Below are positions 9,628 through 19,707 of a stretch of 32,000 nucleotides of DNA, one piece after another. Source of the stretch: Synechococcus sp. A15-28 (GTDB lineage: Bacteria > Cyanobacteriota > Cyanobacteriia > PCC-6307 > Cyanobiaceae); NCBI RefSeq assembly GCF_014280175.1, contig NZ_CP047931.1, positions 1,080,001-1,112,000 of the forward strand, written 5' to 3'. The position numbers and the translations under genes are program-made. The notes under the pieces were generated by a model. The model did not search any database. It was not told the DNA's origin and worked only from the letters and a program-made list of their open reading frames with translations. How positions within the stretch are numbered: position 1 is the first letter of the stretch; each line of letters opens with the position of its first letter.

Positions 9628-10765
9628 CGTTCATGCCTTTGAGAGTCGCCACTGAAGAGGGTGAGACGCGGTTCAGATAGCGGAAGATCCAGTACTTGAA
9701 GATCGTCGCCAGGATCACAGGGAAGGTGGCGATGAACAACAGGATGAAGTTCTCCTGAGTCGGCAGACCGAAGTGATGGGCAATGCCGTCCAGAAGAACG
9801 GTCCAGCCCTCAGGGCTGTGGTAACCAACGAATATGTCTGTAAAGAGGATGATCGCGAACGCTTTGGCGGAATCACTCAACCCATAGATGGCCTCATCGA
9901 GAAAGCCACGCAGAACGCGCAGCTGATCTCGGCTCACAAGGCAGACGCCAATGAAGGCCAACAGACCTGCAAGATCAGCGAGCACATTCTTGATGGCCTG
10001 AACGCTCTCTCGATCAGCCTCGTCCTTGAGTTCCTCTGCCCTTTCCCTGAGCTTGGACACCAACAGATCCGAGGACAGCGGCTCCTCCCCTTTCAACAGG
10101 GCATCAAATTCGAGCTCTTCCTTATAAATCCGCAGTTTCTCAACGGCGACTTCCTCGAGTTGAGGTTTTGGGTAACTGAGGAAGGAGAGATCGGGGGACA
10201 GACGCTCCACCGCCGGCCCGACGATGTAGGTGTTCGACACCTGCTGAACCAGCAGCGGTACTAACACCAATAGCAGCAGGATTCGCAGCGACGCCAGGGT
10301 TGAATCGCGCCGGCGGCGGAAGCCTGCCACCACCGATTCCTCCGAGGTCGGATCCAACTGACGGCGGACTGAATCGAACACCCCGAGCAGGGAGCGCGGC
10401 AACGGTTCCGGTGCCGTGCTCATTCCGCTTTTGCTGGATGACCGCTTGCTCGCATAGCGGCTTACGACCGTCTCAATCAGCTGAAGTTGACGCAATTCCT
10501 GTGGATCCAGCTGCCCGCGGTTGGGCGAAACGTTTGAAAGGCTGGACCGGCAGATCTGAAGGGCGGTGTGGAACCGCCGCAGAACCGTGGCTTGAACGGA
10601 TCGCGGGACGGAAAGTTCCAACTCTGGTCTGACTTTGCGGTCAGCGTAAAACTCCAGCTCCAGGCTCTGGATCAGCAAGGCCGCCTCGTAGCCACGCTCA
10701 AGCTCGTTGGTCAGGTTGTCGCCCTCACCCTGGGAGAACAGACCAATCCAGTTCCGCGTGGCCAT
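9617..10765 (-). CDS. pxcA: Proton extrusion protein PxcA (CemA/CotA-like)
   Basis: 382 aa with TM segments and the C-terminal CemA-like block LFTDIFVGYHSPEGWTVLLDGIAHHFGL...FIATFPVILATIFKYWIFRYLNRVSPSSVATLK. Confidence 0.88.
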   Translation of the reverse strand: MATRNWIGLFSQGEGDNLTNELERGYEAALLIQSLELEFYADRKVRPELELSVPRSVQATVLRRFHTALQICRSSLSNVSPNRGQLDPQELRQLQLIETVVSRYASKRSSSKSGMSTAPEPLPRSLLGVFDSVRRQLDPTSEESVVAGFRRRRDSTLASLRILLLLVLVPLLVQQVSNTYIVGPAVERLSPDLSFLSYPKPQLEEVAVEKLRIYKEELEFDALLKGEEPLSSDLLVSKLRERAEELKDEADRESVQAIKNVLADLAGLLAFIGVCLVSRDQLRVLRGFLDEAIYGLSDSAKAFAIILFTDIFVGYHSPEGWTVLLDGIAHHFGLPTQENFILLFIATFPVILATIFKYWIFRYLNRVSPSSVATLKGMNGGG

Positions 10766-10777
10766 CGGCTCAGACGA

Positions 10778-11452
10778 TCATCGGGAGAAGACCCACCAGG
10801 TCGCCATCGGGATGATGGTGCCGAGCACCAGCAGCACAATGATCCAGGTCGTGGCGTTGCTGCTTTCCGTTTCCTCTTGGGTAGGAATGTTGGTGGGGAG
10901 AGTGGTGCGAACGATTTCCGCTGGTGGACCCGGGTCCTCGCCCCCACCGAGGACGGTGCTCAAACGGTTGATGCCATCGAGGGTGGCTTGCCGGTAGCGA
11001 TCTCCCTCACGCAGGGGAACGCTCATGGTGGTGCGCGCTGTGCTGGTCAACAGCGCTTCGGGGAGTTGCGATTGCAGCGAAGCGTCCGCAGCGATCGATG
11101 CCCGCTTGTTCTGGGTCTCAATCAACAGCAGCAGAAGTGGTTCCGAGCCACTGGACGACCATTGAGCCAGAAGCTCTTCACCGAAGCCATCAAGGTTCAG
11201 GCCGTAGTCGAGGCGCCTCAGCGTCACAACCCGGGCATCAACACGATCAGCGGCGAGATCCTGGAGGCGTGAGGTGAGTTCTGAGCGACTGGCCCGGCTG
11301 AACACATCGGCATCATCCAGAATGCGCTCGTCAGGACGACTGCTGCCGAGATCAATGGGTGAGATGGCCTGGGCTGCTAGGGGACAGCCCACCAGAACCA
11401 CCAGCCCAACGATTGCAACAACGCTGGCGAGTCGACGCAGGAACGACATCAG
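10778..11452 (-). CDS. TPM-domain protein, Psb32-like
   Basis: Signal/TM N-terminus, then DERILDDADVFSRASRSELTSRLQDLAAD..., with a C-terminal TM (TTWIIVLLVLGTIIPMATWWVFSR). The start is placed at MSFLRRLASVV. Confidence 0.75.
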   Translation of the reverse strand: MMSFLRRLASVVAIVGLVVLVGCPLAAQAISPIDLGSSRPDERILDDADVFSRASRSELTSRLQDLAADRVDARVVTLRRLDYGLNLDGFGEELLAQWSSSGSEPLLLLLIETQNKRASIAADASLQSQLPEALLTSTARTTMSVPLREGDRYRQATLDGINRLSTVLGGGEDPGPPAEIVRTTLPTNIPTQEETESSNATTWIIVLLVLGTIIPMATWWVFSR

Positions 11453-11486
11453 ACCATCCCGAACAACAATGGTGTGCAGTCTGCCG

Positions 11487-11894
11487 TCAGCCATCCAGCC
11501 TGTCGCGATTCAACGCTTCAATTGCGACCAGAATTGAAGCGGCCTCCCCTTCTGGAAGGGCCATGCGCTGGGATAAATCCAGGAGGAAGGCCGACTCTTC
11601 TTCGGTGACATTGCGATCGGCGTGAGTCAGGTGAGCAGCCACCGCAAGGGCACTCTGCTGTTGGGACGAGCTGAGAACCGGCAGAGCTTGTTCAATGAGG
11701 CCACCGACACCCTGATCCCGCAGGTTGTGAAGCAGACGGTCAAACAAATCCCCCATGTCAGCTTCCGTACTGCTGCTGTACCACGACCGGTATTCCAGCT
11801 GGGTCCTCAGGGCATGGGCTTCATCACGCCCGAGGCTGCCGTCGCAGGCCACGGCAGCAAGGGCAATGGCGGCAAAGGCCTCTGCACTGTTCAT
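11487..11894 (-). CDS. TerB-like alpha-helical protein
   Basis: 135-aa ORF MNSAEAFAAIALAAVACDGSLGRDEAHALRTQL...AVAAHLTHADRNVTEEESAFLLDLSQRMALPEG resembles the TerB repeat pattern. Confidence 0.65.
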   Translation of the reverse strand: MNSAEAFAAIALAAVACDGSLGRDEAHALRTQLEYRSWYSSSTEADMGDLFDRLLHNLRDQGVGGLIEQALPVLSSSQQQSALAVAAHLTHADRNVTEEESAFLLDLSQRMALPEGEAASILVAIEALNRDRLDG

Positions 11895-11929
11895 GCGAAT
11901 CAGGCATCACAGACACATTTGAGCAAGAT

Positions 11930-12619
11930 GTGGCGGTTCTGCCAGTCCAGGATGGCCTGATGCCCACCCCCGCCCGCGTCGTTCTTGTCTGTGGCGTGCT
12001 GCTGTTGACGCTGACGCTGCTCAATGCCGGCCTGGCGGAATCGTTCACTCCCGAGCTGCAACGGGCAGAGGTCCTCTGCGGCATGGCCTCTGTTGGTCTG
12101 ATGCTGGTGGCTGTGCTTTGGACCAGAGCTGATCCAACCCAGGTGAAACCGCGCCAACTCATCGGTGAACAGGGCTTGCGGTTGGAACCCTCTTTGCAGG
12201 CAGACCTGAAGGAGGAGCTGGCCTGGGGCAGCCACATGCTGCTGACAGCCACTCCGGCCGCCACCCTTCTCGTGCTTTGGAGGAATCAGGTCATTCTCCG
12301 CCGCGGTCTGCTGCGTGACGCTGATGCAGTGTTCACGCCAGGTCCGATCTGTCGACGAGCGATGGAGCGTGAGACGACCGTCAGTCTTGTCAACACAACC
12401 CTGTTCCCCGGCCGCCATGAATTTGATCCTGTCCTGGACAACCTTCCTGCTGTTCTGATTGTTCCCCTGGGGTCTGAGGGAGTGGTCATTCTCGGTGGAT
12501 GGTCCGAACGCTGCTTCAGCCAGGCGGATGAGCAATGGCTTGAGGGGTGGGGAGCGCGGCTCAGAACGAAACTGGAGACCGCGACGACGGGGTTGCACTG
12601 CCGGGTTGATCCGGCGTGA
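11930..12619 (+). CDS. Cofactor assembly of complex C subunit B (CCB2/CCB4-like); start may be ATG 11960
   Basis: Two N-terminal TM segments, then VILRRGLL... and a VVILGGWSERCFSQADEQWLEGW tail, consistent with cyanobacterial CCB2/CCB4-domain proteins. Confidence 0.65.
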   Translation: MAVLPVQDGLMPTPARVVLVCGVLLLTLTLLNAGLAESFTPELQRAEVLCGMASVGLMLVAVLWTRADPTQVKPRQLIGEQGLRLEPSLQADLKEELAWGSHMLLTATPAATLLVLWRNQVILRRGLLRDADAVFTPGPICRRAMERETTVSLVNTTLFPGRHEFDPVLDNLPAVLIVPLGSEGVVILGGWSERCFSQADEQWLEGWGARLRTKLETATTGLHCRVDPA

Positions 12620-13715
12620 AGCGAATGCTGGAGCGAACCCGTTGGCCGCTGGAGCCGAAGCGGACGCCTTCGCTGGAGCCCAGTTGACCTTCCATCCGTG
12701 GAGCCCTGGTCTCCTGGTCGGGTTCCCGGCGTCTGAGCACCACATCCCCATCGGCCACCACACGGTTGGTCAGCCAGTTCCAGCTGCAGCGTCGTGCAGT
12801 CAACGACTCTCCTGGTTGCGACAAGCGACAGGCCTTGGGAATGATCACGGTCGTGGTCGCTTCGTCGATCACAAAACCATTGCCCGTGGCTGTTGCGTCC
12901 TGGCGCTTGCCCTGAAATCGGGCGCTTGATTTGAAGCGTTGATCAGCAAGATTCCAACGCGTGGTCCCCGCGTTGATGTCTGCTTCGTTCTGCTTGAGAC
13001 GAACGGGCTGAATCAGATCCAGGAACCCCTTCTGGGTGTTGCCCTTCAAGGCTGAGGCTGTGACTTCCAGGTCCTTGTTCCGCGAGGCACGAACGGGGCC
13101 GTTCACCCCAAGGTCTCCGGTCTCAAGATTCCAGATGCCCTTGCTGGCCACAATGTCCGTGTCGGGTTCCAGCTCCGCTTGTCGACGATTTTTCCAGCGC
13201 AGGAGCTGTGTTGGGCCTTCGAAACGCAGGGTGTTGCTGGTCTGGATCAAGGTGAGACGCCTCGCTGTCAATCGCGAGAACTCATCGAGGGCTTCAGGGT
13301 TCTGATCCATCACCATGCGTGATTCAGCTGGTTTCCAGACCAGTCGATCCCCACGGATCAGCATGGCTTGGTCGTTGAGTTGTTGAAGCCGAACCTGTCC
13401 TTCCAGGATCACCATCTCGCCGTCCTTGAGCACCGTGGCCAGCTCGGCACTGATCCGAAACGAGGGTTGATCGTTCCTGTAGAGAATCCCGGTGGGACGG
13501 CGGGCGCGAACCGTTCGGCTCGACAGGTCGTATCGCGCTTCAGGGCTGCTGAGATCCCAGTCCCTCAATCCGTCTTTACGGCGTTGGTTGAGGTCGAGGG
13601 AGCGAAAGACGAAGGGGGGAGCGGAATCCTGCTGTGCAGTCGGTTGTTGGTTGCAACCGATCAACCCGGTACCGAGCAGAAGCAGTGCAGGAATCAGCAG
13701 GGAGGAACGGCCCAT
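12561..13715 (-). CDS. lptC: LptC-like/OstA-like LPS export periplasmic lipoprotein
   Basis: Lipoprotein signal MGRSSLLIPALLLLGTGLIGC, then repeated beta-strand motifs (VRARRPTGILYRNDQPSFRISAELATVLKDGEMVILEGQVRLQ...). Confidence 0.75.
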   Translation of the reverse strand: MGRSSLLIPALLLLGTGLIGCNQQPTAQQDSAPPFVFRSLDLNQRRKDGLRDWDLSSPEARYDLSSRTVRARRPTGILYRNDQPSFRISAELATVLKDGEMVILEGQVRLQQLNDQAMLIRGDRLVWKPAESRMVMDQNPEALDEFSRLTARRLTLIQTSNTLRFEGPTQLLRWKNRRQAELEPDTDIVASKGIWNLETGDLGVNGPVRASRNKDLEVTASALKGNTQKGFLDLIQPVRLKQNEADINAGTTRWNLADQRFKSSARFQGKRQDATATGNGFVIDEATTTVIIPKACRLSQPGESLTARRCSWNWLTNRVVADGDVVLRRREPDQETRAPRMEGQLGSSEGVRFGSSGQRVRSSIRFTPDQPGSATPSSRSPVSF

Positions 13716-13719
13716 CCGA

Positions 13720-15264
13720 TCAGAGGGACTCCTCGAGTTCAAGGCGCTGCATCACCGGAGATGGTTTGGGAAGAGCCGCTCCGCTGACCAGCCCACCCCA
13801 GTTCAACTGTTCGGTCCAGCCATCGGGATTGATGCTGGTGCCGAGCTGCTCCAGGATTCGTTCACTCAGTTCCGGCAGCAGCGGGCTGAGCAGCAATCCC
13901 ACAATCCGGGTGGCCTCCAGTACCGCATAGAGGTCATCGCCGACCTCGGTTTCCTGGCCGGGTTGCTTCATCCGGCTCCAGGGTGCTGTGTCGTTGAGAT
14001 GACCATTGGCTGCGATGGCCAGCTGGAGAACAGCTTCCGCCGCAGGCTTGAAGCCAAGGGCCGGCATGGATGTCACAACCGTTGCCACCGTCGTGGTGGC
14101 CGCCATGGAAAGAGGATGCTTTGAACCCACGGCTTCGGTGTGGGGCGGAACGGCGTCAGCGAACCATTTCCTGGCCATGGAGGAGGTGCGGTTCAGCAGG
14201 TTGCCGATGGTGTTCGCCAGATCGTTGTTCACCAGATCAACGAAGCGCTGCTGTTGAAAATCGCCGTCGTCTCCGAACTGAATGTCCCGCAACAGGTACC
14301 AACGAACAGCATCCGATCCGCAGCAGTCCAACAACCGCTCCGGGTCGAGAACATTGCCCAGCGACTTGCCCATCTTCAGGCCTTCCCGGGTGAGAAAGCC
14401 GTGGCCGAACACCGATTTAGGCAGCGGTAGTCCGGCGGACATCAGCATCGCCGGCCAGAACACCGCATGGAACCGCAGGATGTCCTTGCCGATCACATGC
14501 ACGGACGCAGGCCAGCCGCACTTCTCGAGACGATCCAGGTCCACCGGCTCCCCGTCATCCAGCAGGGCGGTGAGGTAGCCCAACAGAGCATCAAACCAGA
14601 CGTAGAAGGTGTGGCCGTCATGACCCGGCACCGGCAGCCCCCAGCTGACGTTCACCCGGGAGATGGAGAAGTCCCGGAGTCCCTGGGCAACGAAATTGCG
14701 GACCTCCTGGCGTCGGTTTGCCGGTTGGATGAAGTCGTCCCTGGCCACCAGCTCCTCGATCTGGGACTGGTAGCGCGAGAGACGGAAGAACAGGTTTTCC
14801 TCATCTCTCCACTCCAGCGGCTTCTGGTGGATCGGGCAGCTGGGATCAACGGCCTCGGTTGGATCATCCTTGTATTCCTCACAACCGACGCAGTACCAAC
14901 CCGTCTGGCGGCCGCTGATCACATCCCCCGAGGCTTTGACCCGGGCAAAGAACTGATCGACCAGTTGCAGGTGTCGCGGATCCGTCGTGCGGACAAAACG
15001 GTCCTGACTGATGCCCCAGCGCGACCAGAGTTCGCGGTAGCTGGCACTGATGCCATCGCAGTGCTGTTGGGGACTCAGCTGCCGGGCTTCGGCTGTCCGC
15101 TGGATCTTCTGGCCATGTTCATCAACGCCAGTGATGAAGACCACGGAGTAGCCATTCAAGCGCTGAAAGCGGGCCAGGGCATCGCATGCCAGGGTTGTGT
15201 AGGTGCTGCCCAGGTGCGGCCGATCGTTGACGTAATAGAGCGGAGTCGTGAGGGTGTAGGGCAT
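13720..15264 (-). CDS. metG: Methionyl-tRNA synthetase
   Basis: TTPLYYVNDRPHLGSTYTTLACDALARF, FITGVDEHGQKI, GWYCVGCEEYK, KMGKSLGN (KMSKS equivalent). The start is set at MPYTLTTP. Confidence 0.97.
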   Translation of the reverse strand: MPYTLTTPLYYVNDRPHLGSTYTTLACDALARFQRLNGYSVVFITGVDEHGQKIQRTAEARQLSPQQHCDGISASYRELWSRWGISQDRFVRTTDPRHLQLVDQFFARVKASGDVISGRQTGWYCVGCEEYKDDPTEAVDPSCPIHQKPLEWRDEENLFFRLSRYQSQIEELVARDDFIQPANRRQEVRNFVAQGLRDFSISRVNVSWGLPVPGHDGHTFYVWFDALLGYLTALLDDGEPVDLDRLEKCGWPASVHVIGKDILRFHAVFWPAMLMSAGLPLPKSVFGHGFLTREGLKMGKSLGNVLDPERLLDCCGSDAVRWYLLRDIQFGDDGDFQQQRFVDLVNNDLANTIGNLLNRTSSMARKWFADAVPPHTEAVGSKHPLSMAATTTVATVVTSMPALGFKPAAEAVLQLAIAANGHLNDTAPWSRMKQPGQETEVGDDLYAVLEATRIVGLLLSPLLPELSERILEQLGTSINPDGWTEQLNWGGLVSGAALPKPSPVMQRLELEESL

Positions 15265-15339
15265 CGTTGAATTCGGACCTCCGCCGCACAACCGCGACGC
15301 CGGATCCTAACGACCTCACTTTTCTGGTCTGTTGCCGGT

Positions 15340-17097
15340 ATGGCGTGGGACGTGATCGTCTGGGGAGGAGGCACCGGTGGCGTGGCAGCTGCCGTTCAGG
15401 CGTCGCGCTCGGGCGCTCAGACGCTGCTGCTGACCCCTGGACCGTGGCTGGGGGGAATGCTGAGTGCCGCCGGTGTGAGTGCCCCCGATGGCCACGAATT
15501 GAGCTGCTGGCAGACGGGCCTCTGGGGTCAGTTCATCCGAACCCTGGCGGCGACCGTGCCCGAAGGGCTCGATCAGAACTGGGTCAGCTGTTTCGGGTTC
15601 CGGCCGCAGCAAGCCGAGCACCTGTTGCAGAGCTGGGTTCAAGCCGAGCCATTGCTCCAGTGGTGGTCCGGTTGTTGCTTGCTGGGACTCGATCGACGCG
15701 GAGACCGGATTCAGGCTCTTGATCTGGAATGCAACGGCGAACGGCATCGACTGGACAGCCGCATCTGGGTCGACGGCAGTGATCTGGGTGACCTGATCGC
15801 CCTGGCGGACGCACCGTTCCGTTGGGGCTGGGAGTCCAAGGACACCTGGAATGAACCCAGTGCCCCTTCGGCTGATGCCCTGGCAACGGATGCTTTTTTC
15901 CGTCAGCAACCCGTGCAGTCGCCCACTTGGGTGGTGATGGGACAGCTGACTGCGGCGGCTCCGGAGTCCTCTGCACTGTCAGCACCAGCCGCTCCTTTTG
16001 ACAAAGCCCTGGAGGCTGTCGGCCTGGAACGCACGCTCACCTACGGACGTCTGCCGGGAGGTCTGGTGATGCTGAACTGGCCTCTGGGCGGCAACGACTG
16101 GCATCACGGATTGGGTCGTTCCATCGCGCCGCTGGCATCAGAACGGGAGGCTCTGGATCGGGAGATGCAGCAGCACAGCCTGCAGTTCCTGGATCAGCTC
16201 TCCCGCTGCAGCGGTGGTTGGCTGAGCCGTGGTGATGCCTTCCCCTCCGCCAGAGCGCACCTCGCTCTGATGCCCTATTGGCGGGAAGGACGCCGGATGA
16301 GGGGTCAGTCGGTGGTCACTGAACGGGATCTGCTGCCGGTGACGACTCAGGCGAGACGCAGCCACCTGTCCTCCTCAAGCATCGCTGTGGGCACCTACGC
16401 CAATGACCACCATTACCCCGGTGAGGACTGGCCGTTGGCTCCAAAAAGCTGTCGTTGGGGGGGGCGCTGGACCGGCACGCCCTTCTGCATCCCTTTTGGA
16501 GCTCTGCTGAGCGCCGATGTGTCCAATCTGCTCGCCGCGGAGAAGTGCTTCAGCGTCAGCCACATGGCCAATGGGGCAACCCGGCTGCAACCGCTGATCC
16601 TCAACATCGGCCAGGCCGCCGGATTGGCTGCAGCCCTGGCCGTACGGATGAAGCTGCAACCCAGCGAGCTTCCCGTCGATTCCCTGCAGCAGCAGTTGAT
16701 TGATGATCCCCAGGCACCCGCTGCCGTGATGCCCGTCTGGGATTGGCCCTGCTGGCATCCGCACTGGCTCGAGGCCCAGCACCGGTCCTTGCGACACCCC
16801 GAGATCTTGATGCAGGACGGATCGCTGGAAGCGGCACAGGGGGCTGACCTCTCCCTGCCGGACGCTGCTGAAACACCTGCCGAACGGCACGGAGAACAGC
16901 TTCAGGGACAGTTCCGTCGCGACGCTGATGGACTGCGTTACTGGCTGGAGTCAGGATCGATCCGACGGCAGCTGATCACCCTGGAGCCGGCGGTGGAACG
17001 GGTTCTGTCCGCCGCTGCGGATGGAACTCCAATGGATCTGGTCGCCGTCCACAACCCCTGGGGACCCTGGTGGCGCGTCAGCCAGGTGCTGCGTTAG
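15340..17097 (+). CDS. FAD-dependent oxidoreductase
   Basis: N-terminal dinucleotide-binding motif DVIVWGGGTGGVAAAVQASRSG...TPGPWLGGMLSAAGV, and a C-terminal AEKCFSVSHMANGATRLQPLILNIGQAAGLAAALA block. Confidence 0.85.
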   Translation: MAWDVIVWGGGTGGVAAAVQASRSGAQTLLLTPGPWLGGMLSAAGVSAPDGHELSCWQTGLWGQFIRTLAATVPEGLDQNWVSCFGFRPQQAEHLLQSWVQAEPLLQWWSGCCLLGLDRRGDRIQALDLECNGERHRLDSRIWVDGSDLGDLIALADAPFRWGWESKDTWNEPSAPSADALATDAFFRQQPVQSPTWVVMGQLTAAAPESSALSAPAAPFDKALEAVGLERTLTYGRLPGGLVMLNWPLGGNDWHHGLGRSIAPLASEREALDREMQQHSLQFLDQLSRCSGGWLSRGDAFPSARAHLALMPYWREGRRMRGQSVVTERDLLPVTTQARRSHLSSSSIAVGTYANDHHYPGEDWPLAPKSCRWGGRWTGTPFCIPFGALLSADVSNLLAAEKCFSVSHMANGATRLQPLILNIGQAAGLAAALAVRMKLQPSELPVDSLQQQLIDDPQAPAAVMPVWDWPCWHPHWLEAQHRSLRHPEILMQDGSLEAAQGADLSLPDAAETPAERHGEQLQGQFRRDADGLRYWLESGSIRRQLITLEPAVERVLSAAADGTPMDLVAVHNPWGPWWRVSQVLR

Positions 17098-19127
17098 TGA
17101 AAGCGCAGTTTCAGCTCGCCCTGGTCAGGGTCGACATGGACGACGGTCATCGTCAGCAGTTGCCCAGGCGAGGGATCAACGCCGTCGGCATGGCCCACCA
17201 GATCCATTGCTAGATCAGGAACATGCACCAAAGCCAACGAGTCCTGAGGGCGCAACCAGCGCAGAAACTGCACGGTCCACTCCTGGTCGCGATGCTGCTC
17301 AAGCCACACCTGTTGCCAGTGGCGCTGGTCCTCCCGACTGATCTGGATCGACTGCCGCAGGGGATCCTCCAACGTATCCAGCTGTTCCCGCAGCTGGGGT
17401 TCCGACAACCCAGGCTGCTGTTCCATCCAGGCAATCAATTGGCGATGGGCCAACAGGTCGGCGTAACGACGAATGGGTGAGGTGGCCTGCACGTAGGCCT
17501 CCAATCCGAGGCTGAAGTGCGGCATCGGTGTGGTGCCCTGAAGACCTCGGCTGAGACAGCGTTTCACTGCTGCATCACGGGCAGGGCCCTCCGGGATCTG
17601 CGCCAGCTCCTGCGCGGAGGGGAGCTCCGCTGGCGGCTGACTGCGGTAGGGGAGGGCCAAACCTTCTCGACGGCCGATCTCCGCCACAACGGCACCCATC
17701 AGCAGCATCGCCTCGCTCACCATCACCCGAGCCGGTGAGGGGTCGATCACCTGCAGTTCCGGACCATCCTCGCCGCGGCGGAAGCGTCCTTCCTGTCGAT
17801 CAAAGCTGATGGCACCACGGCTCAGCCGCCAATGGAGTCGTTGCTTCAGCAGGGACGACAGCTGGGCGAGGTCCTCATCGCCAGGGGGGGCCAGCTCAAT
17901 CAGCTCATCTCCGTCCTCGTAGGTCAGCCGATAACGGGGTTGCACCCAGGAGCGCTGACAGCGGCTGTCAAGGACCGCACCATCGACATCCAGCAGCACC
18001 CCGACACTCAGAGCCGGGCAGCGCTGGCCTGCCCGGAGGCTGAGGGCTTCGGTCGCCAGTTCCAGCGGCAGCATCGGCATCACACCGTCTGCCAGATAGA
18101 GGCTGGTGGCCCGTCGACGGGCCTCATGGTCGAGGGGGCTGTCCGGTTCGATCAGGCGCGCTGGATCAGCGATGTGGATCCAGATCCACGGACCACCATC
18201 GCCAGGTTCCAGGGCCATCCCATCGTCGATTTCCCGGGTTGCGGCGTCATCGAGGGTGTACACCCGCTGTGCGGTGAGATCCACGCGGGTGTCATCGCCG
18301 GCACAGATGTCCCCGGCGCGGGCCAGCAGTTGTTCGACGGTCTCCTGACCACCTTGAGCGAATGGACCGGACCAGGCACTGCCGCGCAGGGAGCTGGGTT
18401 GGTGTGGATCCAGCAGATCCCTTGCCACAAGCCAGGTCTTCAGGGCTCTTCGATCAGTGGGCAGCCCCAGCGACCGCAACAAACCAAGGGCAGGCTCCTC
18501 GTCCAGGGCGGTCTCTGGATCGTGATGGAGCTCAAGCAGCTGATCAAGGCGATCCGACCAGCTTGAATCAAGCAACTGTCGCCGCTGGGCGTTCAGCGGG
18601 AGCGGTTCCTGGAGGAGTGCCAACTGGCGAGCATCGTGCTCCTGTTGCAGGCGCTCCCGTCGCTGTTGCATCCGTTGTTGGCGAATCTCCTTCAATGGAC
18701 GTGCTTGAAGACTCCGATCCCGGCGCAGACGAAACCAGATCTGAGGGCCGTTCACCCAGCTCCAGACTGCAGCAAGAGCCGTGAGATCAGACTGTCCCAC
18801 TAGCAGATCGGTGAGATCGGCGAGGGAGATGCAGGGGAGGCTGTCATCGGTGGCATCACTCACCAGGAGCCACCAGGCTTCGGCACAGACCCGTGGTGCC
18901 AGAACAAGGGTCTGGAACTGCTTCGGAGTGGGCAGCACGGATCGACGGACGGTCTCGATCAGCTCGCCGCAGGAAACCAGCTCCCGGAGCGGAATCTCCT
19001 GATCGCGCCGTTGACCACCAAACGTCAAGACCGCCTTGCTGCCCTTGACGGACAGCAGGCGGCCGATGAGGGGCTGACCCTTAACCAGAACGCCGACGAT
19101 GTCGTCAGCGTGGAAATCGTTCGCCAA
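17094..19127 (-). CDS. Ribonuclease II/R (RNB) family exoribonuclease
   Basis: RNB core DDAATREIDDGMALE, IWIHIADPARLI, RRRATSLYLADGVMPMLP, RLTYEDGDEL, ATSPIRRYADLLAHRQL. Confidence 0.93.
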   Translation of the reverse strand: MANDFHADDIVGVLVKGQPLIGRLLSVKGSKAVLTFGGQRRDQEIPLRELVSCGELIETVRRSVLPTPKQFQTLVLAPRVCAEAWWLLVSDATDDSLPCISLADLTDLLVGQSDLTALAAVWSWVNGPQIWFRLRRDRSLQARPLKEIRQQRMQQRRERLQQEHDARQLALLQEPLPLNAQRRQLLDSSWSDRLDQLLELHHDPETALDEEPALGLLRSLGLPTDRRALKTWLVARDLLDPHQPSSLRGSAWSGPFAQGGQETVEQLLARAGDICAGDDTRVDLTAQRVYTLDDAATREIDDGMALEPGDGGPWIWIHIADPARLIEPDSPLDHEARRRATSLYLADGVMPMLPLELATEALSLRAGQRCPALSVGVLLDVDGAVLDSRCQRSWVQPRYRLTYEDGDELIELAPPGDEDLAQLSSLLKQRLHWRLSRGAISFDRQEGRFRRGEDGPELQVIDPSPARVMVSEAMLLMGAVVAEIGRREGLALPYRSQPPAELPSAQELAQIPEGPARDAAVKRCLSRGLQGTTPMPHFSLGLEAYVQATSPIRRYADLLAHRQLIAWMEQQPGLSEPQLREQLDTLEDPLRQSIQISREDQRHWQQVWLEQHRDQEWTVQFLRWLRPQDSLALVHVPDLAMDLVGHADGVDPSPGQLLTMTVVHVDPDQGELKLRFH

Positions 19128-19138
19128 GGCTGATGCGA

Positions 19139-19360
19139 TCAGCCCTCGGGGTTCACGAAGGGCAGCAGAGCAACGATGCGAGCACGCTTCACAGCGTTGG
19201 TGAGATCACGCTGCTGTTTGGCAGTGAGGCCGGTGAGACGGCGAGGAAGGATCTTGCCCCGCTCGGTGATGAATTTCTTGAGCAGATCCACATCTTTGTA
19301 ATCGATGGGATCGCCGGGTTTGATCGGAGAAAGGCGCTTCTTGAAGAAGGAGCTGGACAT
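19139..19360 (-). CDS. rpsR: 30S ribosomal protein S18
   Basis: [65 protein letters not shown]. Confidence 0.97.
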
Positions 19361-19398
19361 GGGTCAGGAACGGTTGGAAGAGAATCGAAACTGCAAGA

Positions 19399-19593
19399 TC
19401 ACTTGATCTCCTTGTGGGGAGTCATCTTGTTGCAGTGGGGACAGAACTTCTTGATCTCCAGCCGTTCGGTGGTGTTCCGGCGGTTCTTCTCGGTCGTGTA
19501 GCGGGACACGCCGGGGGAACGCTTGGCGGGATTGGACCGGCATTCAGTGCACTCGAGAGTGATCACGATCCGGACGCCCTTGTTCTTGGCCAT
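19399..19593 (-). CDS. rpmG: 50S ribosomal protein L33
   Basis: [64 protein letters not shown]. The start is trimmed from the track ORF to MAKNKG. Confidence 0.97.
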   Translation of the reverse strand: MAKNKGVRIVITLECTECRSNPAKRSPGVSRYTTEKNRRNTTERLEIKKFCPHCNKMTPHKEIK

Positions 19594-19707
19594 AAAGGAC
19601 GTTGCGCCGCAGTGCGAAGCGATTGACAAACAAAGAGCTTACCTGTCGATGAAGCCAGGACGATTCATCCGCACTTCCTAAGATCACGCGCCGTCCACGC
19701 TGGCTTC

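Noticed and set aside
10568-11272. 234-aa + strand ORF
   Set aside because: It is antisense to pxcA and the Psb32-like gene; its composition and location indicate a shadow ORF.
11900-12763. 287-aa - strand ORF, with the 229-aa + strand ORF on the opposite strand
   Set aside because: The opposite-strand ORF has TM segments and CCB-like features, while this one has no recognisable domain.
14467-15270. 267-aa + strand ORF
   Set aside because: It lies fully antisense to the well-supported metG gene and its translation has no recognisable motif. It is a typical high-GC shadow ORF.
17832-18566. 244-aa + strand ORF
   Set aside because: It is antisense to the RNB exoribonuclease gene and has no independent support.
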